Shown: piece after piece, positions 58,111 to 64,000 of the stretch | How positions within the stretch are numbered: the first letter of the stretch is position 1 | Layout of the letters: each line of letters opens with the position of its first letter | From: an uncultured delta proteobacterium | GTDB lineage: Bacteria > Desulfobacterota > Binatia > Binatales > Binataceae | Length of the DNA: 64,000 nucleotides | Reading direction: 5' to 3' | Assembly (NCBI GenBank): GCA_963765675.1 | Contig: CAVXXK010000003.1 | Location: forward strand, 448,001 to 512,000 | Made by a program: the position numbers and the translations under genes | The notes under the pieces: generated by a model | What the model saw: only the letters and a program-made list of their open reading frames with translations | What the model was told of the DNA's origin: nothing | Database searches by the model: none

Positions 58111-58936
58111 CTACTTCACCGCGGCCAGAAAGTCGCCGGGAAATTTTGCGGAGTTCTCCGCCTGTTCCCAAAAGAACATATGACCGGCGGCGGAAAGAAT
58201 CTTGAGCTTCGATCCGGCGATACCTTTGTGCAGAATCTCGGCGTTAGCGACCGGCACGATATTATCGTCGTCGCCGTGGATGACCATCGTCGGCGCCTTG
58301 ATCTGCGCCAGCCGCGCGAAGCTGTCGAAGCCGCCGATCGCCTCGCCCTGACGCATGTAGGTGCGCGTCGGCGTGATCGGATAATCCGCCGACTCAGCCA
58401 TCCGCTCGGCGAGAGTCTTCTGTCCTGCCGCCGAATTCAGAAATGCGCTCCCGCACGCGACCGAGAACGCGAGTTTCGCGGCCTCGAGCGGATCCATTCC
58501 GGGCTGCGGCATCAGCTTCGCGATATTTTCCGGTTTTGCCTGCGGCGAATGCGCCGCACCGCAATTGGTGCATCCGAGGACCAGGCCTTTGACGCGCGCC
58601 GGATACGCGAGGGCATATTCCTGCGCGATCATCCCTCCCATCGAGATTCCGTAGATATGCGAGGTCGGCAGTGCCCGCGTGATCGAGCACGCATGCGACA
58701 TCGTCGGCCATGTCAGAAAGCTTCCACGGGCGGTCGGGCTTGTCGCTTTCGCCGGTGCCGCGATTATCGATCATGAAGATGCGGAAGCGCTCGGCCAGAA
58801 GCTTCAGGAAGGGCTCGCCCCACGAGCGGCCGGAGCCGCTGAAGCCCATGATCAGCGCGAGCGGCGCGCCCGAGCCGCGAATCTCGTAGCGAATTTTGAG
58901 GCCGTCTTTCGATTGTGCGAAGTCGCGTGTAGGCAC
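58111..58936 (-). pseudogene. alpha/beta hydrolase, split by a +1 frameshift near 58672 (may be a sequencing error)
   Basis: N-terminal half (LIMGFSG, IDNRGTGES, DMADDV..VLDHAG) and C-terminal half (HIYGISMGG, HGDDD, AGH) are in different frames; GTG 58936 with RBS AGGAG. Confidence 0.85.
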
Positions 58937-59245
58937 TTGGGTGAACTCCTTAAACGATCGGTATTGAAGCGGCGAGCCGAGGCGCGATAGTAGCGCCGTC
59001 GGTATCGAGGCGTAAAGCGCGGAGATTCGTGAGCATCGGCGGATGGCGAACATCCGGCGATCGGTGGGTTCGTTTCGGTGATTTTGGTGATCCCGGATCA
59101 AGATTAGTCAGGAAGATCAAGGTTTTCTTCTCAGAGAATGACAGTTCGTTTTCTTCTTTCGCTATTATTTTGCTTCCGGCTGAAATCCATAGGTTTTTCT
59201 CCGAGTGACTCACGATCGCGATGATCGCATAGAAGGCGGAGTTAA

Positions 59246-59270
59246 ATAAGGCTGAACTGTTCAGCCTTAT
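59246..59270. promoter_or_regulatory. perfect 25-bp palindrome
   Basis: ATAAGGCTGAAC-T-GTTCAGCCTTAT. Confidence 0.6.
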
Positions 59271-59310
59271 AATTTGTCCACAAATAGTTTACAATGCTGT
59301 GTCCAGTTTT

Positions 59311-59568
59311 ATCCCTCGCCCTGGAAGGGAGAGGTTAGGTGAGGGTCCGAATTCAGCGCGGCGCGCAAGCGACGCGCGATTATAAAAAATCTGCCTGGCA
59401 GAATTTTAGGCGCGCGGCAAACGATGCCGCGCGCAGATCGGTCCCTCACCTAACCTCTCCCTTTCAGGGCGAGGGATCAGAAAAGGCACCCTCACCCACG
59501 CGTCACGATGCTTGCGAAAAAAAACGCAAGCATCGCGCCGCGTCGCCCTCTCCCGGAGGGAGAGGGTA
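59311..59568. repeat. family A composite: inverted doublet plus hairpin unit
   Basis: 35-bp inverted arms 59311-59345/59443-59477, then ccctcacc-gatgcttgcg/cgcaagcatc-ccctctcccggagggagaggg. Confidence 0.92.
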
Positions 59569-59586
59569 TGGGCGGAAACGCAAGAA

Positions 59587-59608
59587 CACAGGCTGAAGCC
59601 TGTGCCAC
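59587..59608 (-). repeat. GTGG-type REP
   Basis: Minus strand reads GTGG-CACAGGCTTCAGCCTGTG: a tetranucleotide followed by a palindrome, the architecture of RAYT-associated REPs; single copy in the window. Confidence 0.6.
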
Positions 59609-59815
59609 TTAGCAGGGAGGCGAAAATAGAGAGTAGCCGACAGGTGGAATCGTCGGGAAGAGGAAATCAGAATATCAAACGTTTGGGATTGCCTGGCTGA
59701 CGCGCGCGACAACCCGAGCGTTAGCTACGATCAATCTAAGTGGAAAAATTGCCGGCTTCCAGCGGTTGTGTTACAGCGATCTAGTACGATTTGTCACGCT
59801 AGAGGGGGGTGATAA

Positions 59816-60652
59816 ATGTCTGTCTATGGATGGCTGATTGACGCTGCGGGCAGGCAGTTTCCTCTTGACCAAAGTCAGTCGCTGCGAATAGGCCGTGACT
59901 CGACCAACAGCGTAGTCTTAAACGACGCTTCCGTGTCTCGTTCTCACGCAGAAATCTTCGTTCAAGGGGGCATCGCGCGAATCAGAGATTTCGGCAGCTC
60001 GAATGGCACCTTCGTGAACGGAATGAGGGTGACAGAATCTGCGCTTTATGACGGACAGAGTGTTCGGATTGGTTCGGTCGGGTTCACCTACCGAGGTGCG
60101 ACAAACGCTCACGACCAAACGATCCTAATCGGCGATGCAGATACCGTGCAGTCACCGCTTTCCCCTACGACAGTACAACCATTATCAGGAATCTTTTGTC
60201 AAAACTGTGGGGCATCGAACAGAACTGGGGCGGCATTCTGCACGAAATGCGGCACCGCTCTCAGAGCTATCCGTCACGCTGAGGTCCGGACCGCTTTCCC
60301 AGAACCGCAGGTGCAGTACATAGCAACTTCAAGTGCCAATGCTGGACTTGCAGCGGTTCTATCGTTCTTCTGGTGCGGTCTGGGTCACATCTACGCCGGA
60401 CGAATTGCCAAAGGTATATTGTTGATGTTCCTGTATCCGTGTTTTCTGGCGTTTGGATATTTGCTTCTCATCGGCGGAATCCTCGCTGCTGGAAGTAGCG
60501 CCTCCGCTGGCGCGGGCGTCTTCTCGCTTTTCGGTCTTGTCTTTCTCGTTCTTGCAGGGGTTGTGTGGGTCTATGGCATGGTCAATTCATATCACCTCGC
60601 CAAAGGCGCGGCTGTCGCAACCATTTCTCGGGTTAATGTAAGGCCAGTCTAG
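59816..60652 (+). CDS. FHA domain + zinc-ribbon + TM2-like membrane protein
   Basis: IGR...VSRSHA...DFGSSNGTFVNG (FHA), CQNCG...FCTKCG, AAVLSFFWCGLGHIYAG plus TMs; lower GC3. Confidence 0.88.
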   Translation: MSVYGWLIDAAGRQFPLDQSQSLRIGRDSTNSVVLNDASVSRSHAEIFVQGGIARIRDFGSSNGTFVNGMRVTESALYDGQSVRIGSVGFTYRGATNAHDQTILIGDADTVQSPLSPTTVQPLSGIFCQNCGASNRTGAAFCTKCGTALRAIRHAEVRTAFPEPQVQYIATSSANAGLAAVLSFFWCGLGHIYAGRIAKGILLMFLYPCFLAFGYLLLIGGILAAGSSASAGAGVFSLFGLVFLVLAGVVWVYGMVNSYHLAKGAAVATISRVNVRPV

Positions 60653-60699
60653 TCTATGAACGTCGCGCGGGAGCAGTGCGCAATAAAAAGAGCGGAGTA

Positions 60700-60825
60700 G
60701 CACCCTCACCCACGCGTCACGATGCTTGCGAAAAACATCGCAAGCATCGCGCCGCGTTACCCTCTCCCGGAGGGAGAGGGTATTTCAGACGCGCCGCGTC
60801 GCCCGCTCCCGGGGGAGAGGGAATT
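60700..60825 (+). repeat. family A repeat, direct-repeat partner of 59486-59568
   Basis: 60700-60735 is identical to 59486-59521 (36 bp), followed by two ctcccgg.gggagaggg units. Confidence 0.92.
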
Positions 60826-60857
60826 AGCAGGAAGTCGAGTTGAGGAGGGAGGAAATC

Positions 60858-60898
60858 ATTCGGCGCGCGAGCCGGGGGGGGGCTCGGCGCGCCGAATT
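60858..60898 (-). terminator. strong hairpin downstream of the putative phasin
   Basis: attcggcgcgcgagcc...ggctcggcgcgccgaat long GC stem; weak U-tract. Confidence 0.5.
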
Positions 60899-60926
60899 TC
60901 TGGGGTAAGGGGATCAGGTCGAGGAG

Positions 60927-61205
60927 TTAGTTGAGGCGCCAGATGGTGCGGGCGGCTTCGGCTGAACGCTCTACGAATTTGCGGCCGAGCTCGTGCTGCG
61001 CCGCGAAGACTGGGGCGAGCGGAGTCTCTTTGGCCCAGCTCGTCGCGCGTGCCTGCATGTCGAGCGCGTCGTTGGCGATCTTCTCGCTGGTCTCGATGTA
61101 CCAGGCGGCGAACTTCTTGGCGCCTTCGAGACTGAAATACTCGCGGCCGGCCTTTGCGATACTCTCGAAGCTCATCGTGCTTGCTTTCTCTTCTGCCACT
61201 GTCAT
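60927..61205 (-). CDS. small helical protein, putative phasin (PHA granule protein)
   Basis: 92 aa, Ala/Glu/Lys-rich and amphipathic, RBS GGAGG, directly downstream of phaC; function inferred from context. Confidence 0.6.
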   Translation of the reverse strand: MTVAEEKASTMSFESIAKAGREYFSLEGAKKFAAWYIETSEKIANDALDMQARATSWAKETPLAPVFAAQHELGRKFVERSAEAARTIWRLN

Positions 61206-61282
61206 TGTCCTCCAAGGTCCGGCATCTACGGCCGGGGTTCTTTACAATCTAAGCATCAATTGACGCCACGCCCGTTTGCGTT

Positions 61283-61298
61283 GGTCGCGGACGCGACA
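61283..61298. promoter_or_regulatory. Crp/Fnr (CooA-like) box upstream of the putative phasin
   Basis: GGTCG-cggacg-CGACA. Confidence 0.6.
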
Positions 61299-61318
61299 AT
61301 TTTGTTGGATTTTCTCCG

Positions 61319-62392
61319 TTAACTTACTGGTGCGTCGCGGTCAGTCAGCCATCCGCCGATCGCGGGCCACAAATTTTTCAGCGCGTCACTCGAAACGGCG
61401 GCGCCCATGTGGCCGGTCGGATAATGGAAATTTTGTTTATCCTGGCTGCCGATCAGATCGGGCAGCGCCTCGCTCGACTTGGGATTGACGATATCGTCGT
61501 TGTCGCCGATCACGTTCATCACCGAGGCGACGACTTTTTTCAGATCGACGGTCACGCCGCCGACTTTCATTGTCCCTTTCATCAGAGCGTTGTGGATTCC
61601 AAGATCATTGTTGGTCTCGAGGAAGATCTTTCCGGCAAATGCAACGTCGCTATGCAGCCATTTTTCGAACAGGCGAAACATATCCAGGTAGCCGCGGCGC
61701 GCGGTGCTGCGATGGGCGCCGACGAACTTGTCGATCAGGTGATGCGTCGGCGCGAGCGTGTTGAAGAACGAGAAGATCATCCACGGCGGGACGTTGCCGT
61801 AGGTATCGACCAGCATCTTCGCGCCGGTTTCGGATAGCATCCGTGACATGAAATCGATCGGCAGGTCGCGCGTGCTCATGTCGAGCGGCAGCGTCAGCGT
61901 GACCAGGTTTTTGACGTTCTGCGGATGCAGGGCGGCATAGAGCAGCGCGAGTAATCCGCCGAAGCAGTAGCCGATGATCGAGACCTTCTCGACCCCGCGA
62001 TGGATCTGCACCGCGCGCACCGCGTTGGCGATATCCTCGTCAACGTATTCGTGGAAGCCGCGATTCTTGTCGGCGGCGACCGGTGGAATCCAGTCGATCA
62101 TGTAAACGTCGAACCCCTGGCGCGTGAGATTCTCGACCACGCTGCGCCCTTGCATCAGATCGAGGATAAACGGTCGTTTGATCAGCGAATAAATCAGCAG
62201 GACCGGCGTGTGATGCGCCGTGCCGGCGGCAGCGTAGTGGCGCAGGCGGACCTTGCCGCCCTCGTAGATGACGGTATAGGGCGTTGCGGTCGGAGGGTCG
62301 TTGCTTGCCTGGCCGAAACCGGTCGTGAACGCGTCGAGGGTGCGCAACGCCCCTTCCATCCAGAAGCCGGCAATTGAACTAATTGCTGACAT
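61319..62392 (-). CDS. phaC: PHA synthase subunit PhaC, class III/IV type
   Basis: TP..VIYE..KVRLRHY, PVLLIYSLIKRPFILDL, DVYMIDW, GYCFGG (Cys), GDNDDIV (Asp), TGHMG (His); 357 aa. Confidence 0.9.
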   Translation of the reverse strand: MSAISSIAGFWMEGALRTLDAFTTGFGQASNDPPTATPYTVIYEGGKVRLRHYAAAGTAHHTPVLLIYSLIKRPFILDLMQGRSVVENLTRQGFDVYMIDWIPPVAADKNRGFHEYVDEDIANAVRAVQIHRGVEKVSIIGYCFGGLLALLYAALHPQNVKNLVTLTLPLDMSTRDLPIDFMSRMLSETGAKMLVDTYGNVPPWMIFSFFNTLAPTHHLIDKFVGAHRSTARRGYLDMFRLFEKWLHSDVAFAGKIFLETNNDLGIHNALMKGTMKVGGVTVDLKKVVASVMNVIGDNDDIVNPKSSEALPDLIGSQDKQNFHYPTGHMGAAVSSDALKNLWPAIGGWLTDRDAPVS

Positions 62393-62990
62393 TGGCCTTC
62401 ATCTCGGCGATCTCGCGCCCTTTGGGCATCGCCATTCCGGTGTAGAGCGGACGCTGGAAGCGGCCCGCGGTTGACATGATCGCGGCTTCGACATCGAAAC
62501 GCGGGTTGTCGCGCAGCTCGCGCGGATGCACCGGGGTGGTGGTCTCGATAACGCGCGCGGCGCTGACCGCGCGTGCGTCGGCGAGGTCCGCGCGCAACGC
62601 GGTGACTTCCTCGCGCATCGCGGCGACATCGTTCGCGGTCGGCAGGCCGATCGCGGGCCACAGGTTGGCGAAGATCGCGTTCGACAGCGCGGCGTTCAGG
62701 CGCTGCGCCCTGACCGCAAATTCCATCGCTCCCGAGGCGACGCGGCCGAATGCGGAATTGGTATAGACGCGGCTGGTAGCGTCGTTGGCGACTTTGACGA
62801 TCGCGTCGTACGCTTTCCATCCCGCTTCGTTGAGCTCGCGCTCATCGGTGCGGGCGAGTAGGCGCATAGTTGCCGCAATCGGCAGGTCGATCATGATCGC
62901 TTCTGCGATATCGACGATGCTGCGCATCGCGGCGGGCATCGTTGCCGGCAGCGTCGTGGATGCGTCTTTAATCTGCGGCCTGGTGCTCAT
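62379..62990 (-). CDS. PhaE/PhaR-like second subunit of PHA synthase (divergent, short)
   Basis: GLPTANDVAAMREEVTALRADL resembles the PhaE LPTRxE/D coiled-coil motif; overlaps the phaC start; ATG 62990 with RBS GGGGAG. Confidence 0.65.
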   Translation of the reverse strand: MSTRPQIKDASTTLPATMPAAMRSIVDIAEAIMIDLPIAATMRLLARTDERELNEAGWKAYDAIVKVANDATSRVYTNSAFGRVASGAMEFAVRAQRLNAALSNAIFANLWPAIGLPTANDVAAMREEVTALRADLADARAVSAARVIETTTPVHPRELRDNPRFDVEAAIMSTAGRFQRPLYTGMAMPKGREIAEMKANVSN

Positions 62991-63094
62991 CTGATAGATT
63001 CTCCCCGGAATGGTTCCTTCGGTGTTTGTCAACTTTCGGTTTCAGTAGAATATCTGATAATTCAGATAGTACAACCATTAGAGTTACTTAAGTT

Positions 63095-63161
63095 TGTCCG
63101 GTCTGCGACAAAACCATGAAATCTAATACGCAAATGCACGCGAACTGTCGCAACGGCGACA
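63095..63161. promoter_or_regulatory. two Crp/Fnr (CooA-like) boxes in the divergent phaE/crp promoter region
   Basis: TGTCC-ggtctg-CGACA (63095-63110) and TGTCG-caacgg-CGACA (63146-63161). Confidence 0.7.
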
Positions 63162-63191
63162 ATTACCGACCTCGTGTGCTAGTTTTCGCCC

Positions 63192-63896
63192 GTGGCGCTG
63201 GAACATCCGCTTGACCCCAAGGCCCTGCATAAGCTCAAGAACTTCGCCTGGCTCGATGCCGGGCAGCTAACGATTCTGGCGGCAAATGCCGCTTCGATAC
63301 GCATCAAGCGCGGCGACAGTATCTTCTACGAGGGCGAGGCTTCGAGCCGCGTTTACGTGCTTATCTCCGGCGTTGCCAAGCTTTCTTTCCTTAAAGCCAA
63401 TGAACGCGTGCTGGTCGGACTGGTCGGTCCGGGCGAGGTCTTTGGCGCGTCTTCGCTGCTGCCCGAAACCACCCGCCCATTTCGATGCGACGCCTTCTCT
63501 GATTGCACGGTCGGTGCCATCAAGCCGCAGGTATTCGTCGAAACGGTGCTGGGAGTTCCACTCGAGGGTCTGTCGCGCACTCTGGAGATGACGGTCGGAC
63601 GATGGTGGTCGATGCTGCTGCGGTACGCGAACTTCGTCGGACTGGGATTGCGCGAGCGGTTGGCGGGCGCGCTGCTCGAGCTCGCGACCAAGTTCGGAGT
63701 GCGCGACTCGCGCGGGACGCTCTTGACGCTCAAGCTGACGCACGCCGACCTGGCGGAGCTGGTGGGCGCGTCGCGCCAGCGAATAACCGAACAGCTGATC
63801 GAGTTCGAGCGTGACGGAATTATTCTGCGCGAGGGTCGGCGATTGATTATCGTGCCCGAGAAGCTGTATCAGATCGCTCAGTCGCAGAACGCATGA
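63192..63896 (+). CDS. Crp/Fnr family transcriptional regulator
   Basis: IFYEGE...VYVLISG, GPGEVFG, RERLA..LL.L...FG, LTHADLAELVGASRQRIT HTH. Confidence 0.95.
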   Translation: MALEHPLDPKALHKLKNFAWLDAGQLTILAANAASIRIKRGDSIFYEGEASSRVYVLISGVAKLSFLKANERVLVGLVGPGEVFGASSLLPETTRPFRCDAFSDCTVGAIKPQVFVETVLGVPLEGLSRTLEMTVGRWWSMLLRYANFVGLGLRERLAGALLELATKFGVRDSRGTLLTLKLTHADLAELVGASRQRITEQLIEFERDGIILREGRRLIIVPEKLYQIAQSQNA

Positions 63897-63924
63897 AGCT
63901 GCGAATCTTTTGAGGTAGCAAGCG

Positions 63925-64000
63925 ATGGCAAACCCGGCGGCGCAGGTTAATCCGGCCGATAAATTTATCGAGGTCAAGGGGCTGCGGCTGCATTATCTCG
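63925..64000 (+). CDS. probable alpha/beta hydrolase, partial (N-terminus only)
   Basis: ATG after GAGG; MANPAAQVNPADKFIEVKGLRLHYL is a typical hydrolase N-terminus. Confidence 0.55.
   Translation, partial: MANPAAQVNPADKFIEVKGLRLHYL

Noticed and set aside
60877-60884. G8 tract as a phase-variation site
   Set aside because: It is intergenic and forms part of a hairpin downstream of convergent genes, not in a promoter or CDS.

Overview
High-GC bacterial chromosomal segment. Gene content and order suggest a Deltaproteobacteria-related lineage such as Candidatus Binatota; this is inference, not demonstrated. About 58 CDSs; I found no rRNA, tRNA, CRISPR array or transposase. Core block: mutS-amiC-like-glnD-xerD-site-2 protease-scpA-scpB, plus dnaB. 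Accessory and metabolic genes: aldehyde dehydrogenase, SDRs, a vapBC-type TA pair, a NarL-type two-component system, UPF0182, a ThDP decarboxylase with an acyl-CoA synthetase, two polyprenol-linked glycosylation clusters, several MFS transporters, an ECF sigma/double-cupin/VOC operon, a TetR-MFS-esterase-sulfatase operon, a P450, and a PHA locus (phaE-like, phaC, putative phasin) divergent from a Crp/Fnr regulator. Main observations: (1) a modular palindromic REP-doublet-like repeat family occurs 7 times, one copy is translated in frame inside MutS and two copies bracket a foreign-looking FHA/Zn-ribbon membrane gene; (2) three TGTCG-N6-CGACA (CooA-like) boxes link a Crp/Fnr protein with an RQ recognition helix to the PHA genes; (3) at least three further repeat families build mosaic intergenic regions; (4) two genes carry single-base frameshifts.
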